In this document: in pieces, positions 57,501-64,000 of the stretch
Layout of the letters: the number at the start of each line of letters is the position of its first letter
Position numbering within the stretch: the stretch's first letter is position 1
IMG/VR virus record: IMGVR_UViG_3300036985_006427
Span: 1 to 64,000 of that record
DNA: 64,000 nucleotides
DNA from: a virus
Direction: 5' to 3' (one strand)
Notes under the pieces: model-generated
What the model saw: the letters and a program-made list of their open reading frames with translations, nothing else
The model's database searches: none
What the model was told of the DNA's origin: nothing
Translations under genes and position numbers: made by a program

Positions 57501-59952
57501 TCCAACCGCCTCCAACCGAACCGCCCTTGGCGAATTTAGCAACACCCTGCTTGTTCATTCGGTTAAGGTTTCCATAACCGATACGCTGTGCAGAGCTTTT
57601 GTTCACAACAAACTCACCGGGAGTCAGCAAAGCTGGAACCGTGTCTGTTCCAGCAGAACCTCCTTCAGCGAATTTAGCAACACGCGAACCAGATGTGGAA
57701 CCTCCAGACGCTTTCTTTGAAGTATTTGTCGCTTTAGGTTGAATTTGTATATTTTTGAAAGTAGATTCATATAAATCTGAAGCTAATTGATTTTTTATCT
57801 TTTTGTGAAATTCTGCTGGTGCAATATTACTGTTACTTGAGCCAGCAGACACTTTAGCGTCAATATACTTGATATTTTTCAATGCCTTGAATAAATTCCC
57901 AGAGTTTATACCGCCGGTAAAGTCAAATGGTCTATTTTCTTCTTTAGCTTCAACAGCAATTGGCTGACCATTGAAAGCATCAACAACATCTTCAAATAAA
58001 TTACCTTTTTGAGCTTGAGCTAACTTATATTGCGGAGAAAATCTAACTTCATCCCCTTTTAATTTAACGCCAGCGAAGTTTCCAAATTTATTTACTACAG
58101 ATTTTATTAAAACTTTAGATTCTTCGTTTACGATATCATCGAAATTAATCTTTTGCTCATATCCAATACCTTCTGCTAATGTAGAATATGTTTTTTGTTC
58201 AAATTGAAGTTGTTTTCGTGCTATATTTTTTATGTCGTCGGTGGACATATTTCCAGAACTGCCGTATATGTCTTCGATTGATAATGATCTTAGTCCACCA
58301 AATCCAGTTCTTGTCTTTATAATATCATCAATAGATACTATAGCTTTTCCAACTTTTGGTTCGAGTTCTGGATTTATTATATCTGGAACTGCAATTCCGA
58401 CAGAACTTTCTTGAGCTATTCCTCCAGTAGCATATCTATGCTCATTCATCGCCGCCAATTTATCAGCACCAATTTTATTGACGCTGCTCTTGCGGATTAC
58501 GAATTCTCCGGGAGTGAGCATAGCCGGAACGGTGTCTTGATTTCCAACACCCGGAACAGAACCTCCTCGTGCAAAACCTAATATTCGTCCACCATCATTT
58601 TTACCCAACGTTCCCAATCCACGAATAGCAGCTCCAGCGCCAGAGGCGAAAGAACCTAGGCCCTTAGCGAATTTAAATGCAGCCATAGCAGCAATAAGAG
58701 GAACAAGCGGTTTAATAGCATCAGCGACTTTGATTAACGCACTAGCAACTTCTAAAGCTGTACGAGCAAAAAGCTGAAAAGATGTGCTTTCGGCAATACT
58801 ACGAACTAAAGCTAAAAATTCTTCTTTGACTTTAGTGATTTGAACCGCTAAGGCTTGCTGTGCAGTAGCGGCATCCTTAGTCAATGAACCACTACCGGAT
58901 TGCGCGACATTGAGAGCATTTTGAGCTACAGAAAACTGCTGTAGTAAAGGAATGACTTTACCAATTTGTCTAAAACCACCGAGTTCTTCAGCTACTCTAA
59001 TAAATTTAATATCACCCTCTTCTAATCCAGATAATGCTTGTGCTAATCGTTTAGAAGCTTCGAATGGTCCAACAAATTTACCCTCCAAATCCAATAGTTC
59101 AACGCCATATTGACGTAAGAACTCAATTGTCTGGGGTCTTTGAATACGTGTAAAGATCGTTCTCAAGCCAGTGGCAATACTTTCAGCACTTTCACGAGTT
59201 GTGGCTCGAACCGATGTAAATAGAGCTAATAGTTCTTCTAAACTACCGCCAGAAGCTTTAAAAACACCACCAAATCTGCGAACAGCACTGATTAAGTCTT
59301 CAGCTTCAACGGCAAACGCTCCAGCAACAGCGTTAACAGAGCCAAGCTGTGCTTCTAAAGCACCAACACCTTGTCCAAACTGAGCTAAAATAGCAACAGC
59401 ACCCTCGGCAGTTTCTGTGATGCTATCGAAGTTTGGAGCAAGAGTTGTTTTAGCAAGAGCCTCAAGGGCCACTTTTAAGTCGTCTGCACCAATACCAGCT
59501 TGTGCTAATATAGTTGCTGTACTTAATAAGTCTTTACTAGAAGTGCCAAGGCCGACAGATAGTCTAGTTATTGTGTCTGTTAGGTCTCTTAATTCACCTA
59601 TTGACTTACCTGTAACTTGAGAAACTTTAATGACTTCCCTTTGGAAAGCGATAGATTCATCTATTGCGCCAGCTAAAGAATTTGTAAACAAACTGACTGC
59701 ACGACTTGCAATCGTAAAAGCTGCAAATCTTTTTATAGCCAAACCAAAAGATCTACCCATAGCATCAGCGGCAGAAGAAGCTCTCTGTGTTGCCGCTGTT
59801 AATTGGTTTATCTGTTTGGTGGCAGATCCAGCGGCTTTGATAGACACTGGAATGTTAACGCCCTGAAGTTGTTGATTTATTTGCTGTACAACTTGAGAGG
59901 CGTTGTTTGGAGCTTGCAATTGAATTTGTGCAGTGAGTACAAATTTAGCCAT
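51574..59952 (-). CDS. Tail tape measure protein (2792 aa) with inserted domains
   Basis: TP901-type core (KVSQVTG, VNAVAGAFAVEAEDL, SIATGLRTIFTRI); Ala/Gly-rich helices; hydrophobic TM-like segments; FAxGG..DTVPA motifs. Confidence 0.9.
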   Translation of the reverse strand: MAKFVLTAQIQLQAPNNASQVVQQINQQLQGVNIPVSIKAAGSATKQINQLTAATQRASSAADAMGRSFGLAIKRFAAFTIASRAVSLFTNSLAGAIDESIAFQREVIKVSQVTGKSIGELRDLTDTITRLSVGLGTSSKDLLSTATILAQAGIGADDLKVALEALAKTTLAPNFDSITETAEGAVAILAQFGQGVGALEAQLGSVNAVAGAFAVEAEDLISAVRRFGGVFKASGGSLEELLALFTSVRATTRESAESIATGLRTIFTRIQRPQTIEFLRQYGVELLDLEGKFVGPFEASKRLAQALSGLEEGDIKFIRVAEELGGFRQIGKVIPLLQQFSVAQNALNVAQSGSGSLTKDAATAQQALAVQITKVKEEFLALVRSIAESTSFQLFARTALEVASALIKVADAIKPLVPLIAAMAAFKFAKGLGSFASGAGAAIRGLGTLGKNDGGRILGFARGGSVPGVGNQDTVPAMLTPGEFVIRKSSVNKIGADKLAAMNEHRYATGGIAQESSVGIAVPDIINPELEPKVGKAIVSIDDIIKTRTGFGGLRSLSIEDIYGSSGNMSTDDIKNIARKQLQFEQKTYSTLAEGIGYEQKINFDDIVNEESKVLIKSVVNKFGNFAGVKLKGDEVRFSPQYKLAQAQKGNLFEDVVDAFNGQPIAVEAKEENRPFDFTGGINSGNLFKALKNIKYIDAKVSAGSSNSNIAPAEFHKKIKNQLASDLYESTFKNIQIQPKATNTSKKASGGSTSGSRVAKFAEGGSAGTDTVPALLTPGEFVVNKSSAQRIGYGNLNRMNKQGVAKFAKGGSVGGGWNRFEVGGLATDEAAKDIVRARVGGKDKVKTAEDFGKAFKKVTNHLPEDIKKAILDGIEKGQGTEEYKSGIVDNIDGGSSYGQFRAGGNDKNERVFQVKTAKDKATTGTIDHEVGHLVDVAAGDKIGGGGSGYASEKEGTFQKQITDKITQALVTSMKKTGASLNFIENYAGQNREVFANLFAGSNTAAQSILASTGDAELAMIAMAEELKKSGEGFAGLSAEDLTSDVEAIHKAAIETRAELEKKRDGLKSGQAHVSGDITEKQGNINALDAQRNEQISTLTSVSDDIYVNKRKRKSDVQTSVNIKSEIKKRESALNGDSGELELLGGRDFVTKDLELLKGNLQSLAKDMASAHLQTKKLEEQETDLKDSLKKTADSLKREQDSLNSSIRIRDKLQSNLEKNAKLTQEANVKEKKAAEFLGTPTPKQPEPPAPEAAVPAPPVATTPPVTAAPPVDTTPAVPPVATTPPVTAAPPVATTPAVLPVATTPPVTAAPPVATTPAVLPVSPTKAELEAMRDAAKVTRQNLQKDRGNLQRQQVGISSSISKKEITVGSLKAKKAEQESAIDLKTKEFADLTSVKDLKTTVDVRGSSKPLNEAEIKAKIEERKLALRKKSGPNGFKDFGDSKESVEKDLNEYKKALRTHRKAQDEHAKKLNDLLKESTVMDKNLKDTNAALQREEESLKRGKEIRDKVTAELQTNAQAIKAAGVQENAAKLALGKKPSSVQRRNPAMTTVKPPVIIPPAATTNPKPGGLGYPTSLPAATPQVVPPVCPCPPVSPTSPNAGTGTGTSPTSPPTGKTRKKDDDYLLKLSVGVSAVIGGLGYLKPQIDENSSALAKFADGLVGGLQTLLAGLLGAAAAAQAFGLKLNAAGLKDIGQFFRGKSSRVGAGLQVGAKNSGLESGVKKAGEILEKFPGRLGKFGSQLTKLGPQLGKVLARSGPVLGPLIAGFAAGGIAAFALTKAVDSLTGVHEKAKKAIEQGNVAKAGETAVASANSNIVNKVTIALGILAGVLIAVSGPLGVLVGVTIGIVAIGLKLADAFGLLEGPLNAFRKTLAFFGLGPSTDTVKQEARLAAARKKQENEASKNANDVAMAMQRVESGSSTLTDEFTKGNLTGNLNNEFGVLAQSIALSNSRIEDVNNSFWALEGASTMAGLAIAGPLGALVGSMLQGQLDKSNDKKRAEALKEQIPDQEKATTAFMEQLPMFGNVLADQIMRGATADEAERTVTDNSAFKAATTSQFSPAEQARIDANVQQSQGPGARVFSDLEQQEIKIRGFEKQREEAGKQSLKAAKEQAIRQLALIKATNFGLGTLSDSLDATNKKLSKLLTIDQVGDKFGDSLDILQTALTSAAGTLSAKELDGAIATLEGTLREAGASEAAIGNASGAAKGFNTAFSRLNKDSDSFANIQKKLTEKGPAGATPQEISRILSEELTAGLDPEVATRINAGLDEASSKFNGEDLAEIQAGNFGPLREALQKTSDAFNKEVLGVLQKRSEAEQLLIKGIQQRIASEQEYVAAQRRAIELQLEAGKIFEEFGGKALTAGEKQQARVASFNVGAEAVGVRGLQTGNAGDIQSVSADISNQFLQLEERARAGAVSGERAFSGGAGAEEDTRERLKALQQDLISQTKQEIEARKEELQLIQRKNQAEKDSLESLISGDIEGFLEKQAAAGAGAALASGSSALTSLFSGSALGAGFKTLEGQGLSDDKKRRAEDLTLQRFGVQSTGVLSGTTTEEQAKKAEGRELATTLGQLGQQAAEFERAEVNTKQAIVYAQELTIGDIGKQLNQALGGAAAAPAQAPAAAPAPPGLYRGGPVYANRGMFVPRGTDTVPAMLTPGEFVVNRSSVQRGNNLQILQAMNKGGGASAPGAMSGGGKARYYNVGGAVDGVGSAFSAAIPQLTTIFNNFAATVDKLIGSKFQVALDTTNINVNFNGASFLETMKEDIKQELLTEVGKQISQFKTNTSGDLKKTNSVLG
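55987..56189. repeat. 63-bp in-frame tandem repeat (about 3.2 copies) encoding VATTPPVTAAPPVATTPAV(L/P)P in the TMP
   Basis: Units start at 55987, 56050, 56113 and 56176. Confidence 0.95.
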
Positions 59953-59979
59953 GACTTGGTCTTACCTTTTTATGTAAAT

Positions 59980-60900
59980 TTAGACTACACTTTCCGCTTC
60001 ACTTTCCTCTTCACTTTCCGTATTCTTTTCTGTCGTTTTTTTACTCTTTGTTTTTGGTTTCTTTACACTTTCAGGTTCTACAGTCAGTTCTACGATCAGG
60101 TCGTTTTCATAGTCGGCTAATTCATAAGTTCCCTCTTGAGTTAACTTAGAACCTTCTCGATCTATTCTGTTGCCTTGATCGTCGATGTAATAACCGTCTT
60201 TGTCGATATTTTTACCCTTTGTATCAACCAACTGGCTTGGGTTTTGAGGATCAACCAAACTCAAATCTTCATTCACCAAACCAAACTTTGTAAGGAATTT
60301 ATTTTCTGGTAAATTCTTCTCAAAATCACTGTCTAAATTATACAGTATCTTTCCCAGCAACCCTGCGCAAGCGTAGGCTATTTCGTCCGCACTTTTATTA
60401 TTATACTCATTAAAGTCTTTATAAACGCGAGTTCCGTTTTTATAGAAAGAGCAACTAGCAACGAGATAATCGAATCTAGAGTTGTCGGCTAAATTATCAG
60501 CCGTATTTTCTTCCAGAGTGATTCTTTCTGTGATCAAGTCTCTCAACTCAAAGCGTTTTCTTCTGATTTGAATGGCAACGTCTCTGCCTTCAGATAACTT
60601 TGGCTTTGCTTTGCCAATTTTGCCTTGATAGAGTTCTCTTTCGAGCATCAATATTTCTTTGGTTATTTCTTCTTCTTCTCTGTCTTTGGATTCATCCCAA
60701 ATGCCACGCTTTCTCATGAAAACTGCTAGTTCTTTTTTGGTCAAGATATCATCTTGAATACATTGATTCCAAACCTTGGATTTGTATCTTTCAGCCATCT
60801 TCAAAACTTCATTGCTTGGCTTTTGTACGTAAATTTCAACTTCCTTGATTTCACCGTCAACGTTAACGCTAACCTTGGTTTCCATCTTATTATTAATCAT
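59980..60900 (-). CDS. Putative tail assembly chaperone (paralog B)
   Basis: Charged helical protein directly upstream of the TMP; similar to 61273..62307. Confidence 0.55.
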   Translation of the reverse strand: MINNKMETKVSVNVDGEIKEVEIYVQKPSNEVLKMAERYKSKVWNQCIQDDILTKKELAVFMRKRGIWDESKDREEEEITKEILMLERELYQGKIGKAKPKLSEGRDVAIQIRRKRFELRDLITERITLEENTADNLADNSRFDYLVASCSFYKNGTRVYKDFNEYNNKSADEIAYACAGLLGKILYNLDSDFEKNLPENKFLTKFGLVNEDLSLVDPQNPSQLVDTKGKNIDKDGYYIDDQGNRIDREGSKLTQEGTYELADYENDLIVELTVEPESVKKPKTKSKKTTEKNTESEEESEAESVV

Positions 60901-61270
60901 TCTGTTCCCCTTTTCCTTTTATTCTTGTATAAACTGGAAGAGTCGCCTGATATCTCAACCATTTGACATCATACTGGGCTAACTCGGCATCAACATTCCT
61001 GCATTGAGTGTTTCCCTTGTCGAGAATCTCAGATCTAACTTTTTGAAAAATTTCATACATAATTATTTGTTCAGGTGATAATTCCCCTTCCTTTGATAAC
61101 CATAAAAATGAAAAATGATCTTCCATAGAGCTTAAAGCTCCAATCATTGTTGTTTCCACTTTTTTCTTTAAAATTTTACTCAATCTGTCCCGAGAGTCTT
61201 GCTTGTACTTGTCCTCTCTTACACTTTTATACTCTGATTGCTTTCTTATCAATTCTTCGAAATTGTCCAT
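60893..61270 (-). CDS. Hypothetical protein
   Basis: GGAGG RBS; lies between the chaperone-like paralogs. Confidence 0.65.
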   Translation of the reverse strand: MDNFEELIRKQSEYKSVREDKYKQDSRDRLSKILKKKVETTMIGALSSMEDHFSFLWLSKEGELSPEQIIMYEIFQKVRSEILDKGNTQCRNVDAELAQYDVKWLRYQATLPVYTRIKGKGEQND

Positions 61271-61272
61271 CT

Positions 61273-62307
61273 TTACCTCCTTTTATCCTTCATCATTTGA
61301 TGTTGAGTAGCTTGAACTTCTATTTTCTTATCTTGAAAGTCAAGGTCTGTAACGTTACCAAGACGTTTAACTGTATCTAATCTTTGTTTTCTGACTATTT
61401 CAGCTCCAAACGAATTCATGCCATGGATATTTTCAGCCTCTTTGGCAGAGTCCGTCATGATCATGATCTCATCTGAATTTGCTATTTTTTGATTTGATGT
61501 TTTTGATTCTAATTCACTCTTGGCTTTTTCGCTTTTTTGTTTTCTTTTCTGTAAGATAAACCAACCGTCGAGCATGTCGTCGTCGGCTATAACTTCTTCT
61601 GTTGGACACTCCATAGACTCTTGAATGTTATCATACATACTTGACCAGAGTATCAATGACTTTTGATCATTTGATAATACTCTGTTTGTTTCGTTTCCAA
61701 AAAGAGCGGAGTAGCTTTTAGAATGCCAACAAACTCTCCAAGGGTCGTTTCTCGCTAGATCTCTGATTTGCTTTTCTGATAATTGTATTGAATTATATAG
61801 ATAGTATAGTTCTGTCAAATCTACATTTCCGATGTCCAACAACTCATTGCCAACAAAACAACACTTGCCAAATAAAAACAGCGACTTTTCTTGAGTGGCA
61901 ATACCTTCACACGTTTTACTGAAAAGGTCATCTTTTTCATTGTTGAGTTTGATCAAAGCTTTTTCAGCAGCCCTGATATAAAGTCTGATGGTTTCTCTTA
62001 GCTTTTCTTTGCTTCTGGAGTTGAAGATTTCTACTTTCAGCTTGTCTATATCTTTTTTACAACCTTCAATTTTTTCTTCTTTTTCTTTTGTCCACAATCC
62101 ATGACCTTTCATCCATTCTAACATTTCTTCGTACGTAAGAATATCATCCGATCTAGCTGCATCAAAAGATTCCATGAAGACTTCGTTGGCTAAAAACTCA
62201 TCTTCTATGGTTGGAGTTACAACCTTTACTCGAACATTTTCTAATTTTAGAATATAAAATCCAGATCTTATTCTTGATATGAAATACTCCCGTTCATAAG
62301 AGTTCAT
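61273..62307 (-). CDS. Putative tail assembly chaperone (paralog A, with C-terminal extension)
   Basis: Between tail tube and TMP; DDILT..E....M...G.W motif shared with 59980..60900. Confidence 0.55.
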   Translation of the reverse strand: MNSYEREYFISRIRSGFYILKLENVRVKVVTPTIEDEFLANEVFMESFDAARSDDILTYEEMLEWMKGHGLWTKEKEEKIEGCKKDIDKLKVEIFNSRSKEKLRETIRLYIRAAEKALIKLNNEKDDLFSKTCEGIATQEKSLFLFGKCCFVGNELLDIGNVDLTELYYLYNSIQLSEKQIRDLARNDPWRVCWHSKSYSALFGNETNRVLSNDQKSLILWSSMYDNIQESMECPTEEVIADDDMLDGWFILQKRKQKSEKAKSELESKTSNQKIANSDEIMIMTDSAKEAENIHGMNSFGAEIVRKQRLDTVKRLGNVTDLDFQDKKIEVQATQHQMMKDKRR

Positions 62308-62441
62308 AAAAACCTCATGATACGGGAGTTTAGTGATTTCATAAAAAAGTCCTTCCTCACCCCATCGTCACTCGCTATCCTGTGTCGCTATCGCAGTTCA
62401 GGGGTGTGTCCATCAGTAACAAAAACTTACCGATAATTACA

Positions 62442-63629
62442 TCAACCTATCAAGCCAGTTGGAAACGTTCCCTGACCAACGTCGTTCGCACGCTTTGAGG
62501 TTACACCAGCGTTTAGCGTCAAAGCTCCAAATCCAATATAACCGCTTGCTTGGGCAATGTCTTGTACGTCCAATGAATTGAAATTCTGGAAGCTATATGA
62601 GCAAGATACGTTTCCTCCACCAGCATCTCCTCCACCATAACTAACGCTCGTTAATTTATTCTTGTTTCCAAGATCGAACGCAACTCCGCATCTCAGAAGT
62701 AAAAATATAGGCTCATTTCTAAGGTTATTGCCAGAGTCAACTGTTCCGGTAAGAGATGCGGCTCCTGCTTCGAGAGCATCAACAAAATCTCCAGAAGTTG
62801 TGATAGCTTCAATCTCACAAGTTACTTCTACAGGAAAAGTAGCTGGTCGAAAGAAAGCTGCTTTTCTTCCAAGTTCAAGAATGTCCTCACGACCAAAGTC
62901 GGTGCTGCAAGTGAAATTCTGAATATGAACCCTTGGATTAGTGCCATTCAAACCATTGCCATAACCACTTGCGGCAGTTCCAATGTTCAAGACACCATCA
63001 ATAACCCTTGGCAGAATCGATCCGGCCAACAGTACGTCTTCGCGTCTTTGAACGCCTCCGCTAGGTGATGAGTCAATACCAAGAGCTTTTGGAGAGTCGC
63101 TTCCGTTAAAAGAAGCCACATCAGCAGATGCGATCTGTTGACCTGTCACTAGCCATCTTTTGTTGTTGCCCACCAAGGTTACTGATTCTGTACAGTTTCC
63201 ATCAACAGGAACTGTATAACTAATGGATGAAACCGCCATTCCAGAACAATAAACTTCTACTTCTGCATTTTGGCCAGCAACATTGTTTTTCTGAGCGTCA
63301 AAAATACCAAGTCTAAGATCGCACTTGGTGTCAGCTCGACCAACAATGCCGCTATTGCTTGTTCCAACAACACCAACAGTAGCCATGTGGTAAATCAATG
63401 GGTATCCATCTATTACTTTTTCTAGGGTAACCTCGATATCTGGAGTACCTTCAATGTTTTCATAAATTTCTACTTGACCAAGCTCAAAAACCTGTTCAAG
63501 GTTGAAACTTGTGTTGATACCTACGCTTTGTACGCCGTGAACCATGTCTGTAGCGTCAATACCGGCGTCACCCTCGTTGGTGATAGCCAAAGCTTGACAG
63601 GCGTAAAATATTCTCTTATTGTTTGACAT
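62442..63629 (-). CDS. Major tail tube protein with an internal two-fold repeat
   Basis: GVQSVGINTSFNLEQVFELG motif; upstream of chaperones and TMP; strong AGGAG RBS and own promoter. Confidence 0.75.
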   Translation of the reverse strand: MSNNKRIFYACQALAITNEGDAGIDATDMVHGVQSVGINTSFNLEQVFELGQVEIYENIEGTPDIEVTLEKVIDGYPLIYHMATVGVVGTSNSGIVGRADTKCDLRLGIFDAQKNNVAGQNAEVEVYCSGMAVSSISYTVPVDGNCTESVTLVGNNKRWLVTGQQIASADVASFNGSDSPKALGIDSSPSGGVQRREDVLLAGSILPRVIDGVLNIGTAASGYGNGLNGTNPRVHIQNFTCSTDFGREDILELGRKAAFFRPATFPVEVTCEIEAITTSGDFVDALEAGAASLTGTVDSGNNLRNEPIFLLLRCGVAFDLGNKNKLTSVSYGGGDAGGGNVSCSYSFQNFNSLDVQDIAQASGYIGFGALTLNAGVTSKRANDVGQGTFPTGLIG

Positions 63630-63667
63630 TATATCTCTCCTGAGTTAAAATGAAAGATCGCTATTAA

Positions 63668-63681
63668 ATAATACACAAAAA
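63668..63681 (-). promoter_or_regulatory. Putative promoter TTTTTGTGTATTAT
   Basis: About 40 nt upstream of the tail tube start; matches 27445-27458 at 13/14 nt. Confidence 0.6.
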
Positions 63682-63683
63682 TG

Positions 63684-63998
63684 CTAAATATTTGTCTTTA
63701 TTCCCAATGTGCAGAACCTCACAATACCTCCAAATAAATTAGGACTCACCATGTCCATTTTCTCGACGACGGTGTTTTCCATACGAAAAGGACCAGCGTT
63801 ATAATTCTCTATCAATTCTGGGTACAAAATAGCGCTTGGATTAGGATAACCTAAATGATTTATAGGGTATTTATTCTCACTGTTTAGCCTATCGCTATCA
63901 ATAACATATACGCTTTTATCATTTTGAAGCGAAACTATATCCACCAGCATATTGCGTGTTTGTTCGTCTTCAGCTATGCAATGAGCTATAACATCTGT
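63684..63998 (-). CDS. 3' part of a putative tail completion/terminator protein (runs off the window)
   Basis: The frame is open to the window end (TDVIAHCIAEDEQTRNMLVDIV...); lies just upstream of the tail tube. Confidence 0.5.
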   Translation of the reverse strand, partial: TDVIAHCIAEDEQTRNMLVDIVSLQNDKSVYVIDSDRLNSENKYPINHLGYPNPSAILYPELIENYNAGPFRMENTVVEKMDMVSPNLFGGIVRFCTLGIKTNI

Positions 63999-64000
63999 GT

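Noticed and set aside
61260-61290. Programmed frameshift joining the chaperone ORFs
   Set aside because: The next ORF has its own GGAGG RBS and ATG right after the stop, and I saw no convincing slippery heptamer at the junction.
1-64000. tRNA/rRNA genes, integrase/transposase, diversity-generating retroelement, stop-codon reassignment
   Set aside because: None recognised. Coding density is high under the standard code, intergenic gaps are small, and no reverse transcriptase or TR/VR pair was seen.

Overview
This window is a fragment of a large tailed-phage genome (standard genetic code, roughly 35-38% GC by eye) made of two convergent blocks that meet at a bidirectional terminator near 26.6 kb. 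The + strand block (1-26.6 kb) holds a very large glycan-building cluster: about 12 glycosyltransferase-like genes, at least 4 SAM methyltransferases, an NDP-sugar epimerase, a GT11 fucosyltransferase with GDP-L-fucose synthase, and several degenerate enzyme-like genes. The same block carries a DNA polymerase III alpha (DnaE) split into two genes around a DEDDh exonuclease, two selfish-type endonucleases and a Rad52-like annealing protein. The - strand block (26.6-64 kb) is a siphovirus-like tail module. It runs from a tail-completion fragment through a two-domain tail tube, two paralogous chaperone-like genes and a 2792-aa tape measure protein to a 4158-aa FG-GAP/LamG protein and several tail-tip proteins. 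The best candidates for new biology are: (1) a phage-encoded virion glycosylation system, with Ser-Gly-rich structural proteins as possible acceptors; (2) a tape measure protein carrying enzyme cassettes (PD-(D/E)xK-like and HExxH zincin) bounded by repeated DTVPA(M/L)LTPGEFV motifs; (3) an intein-less split DnaE whose PHP site has lost its metal ligands and which encloses its own proofreader gene. All calls come from motif reading by eye; no database searches were run.
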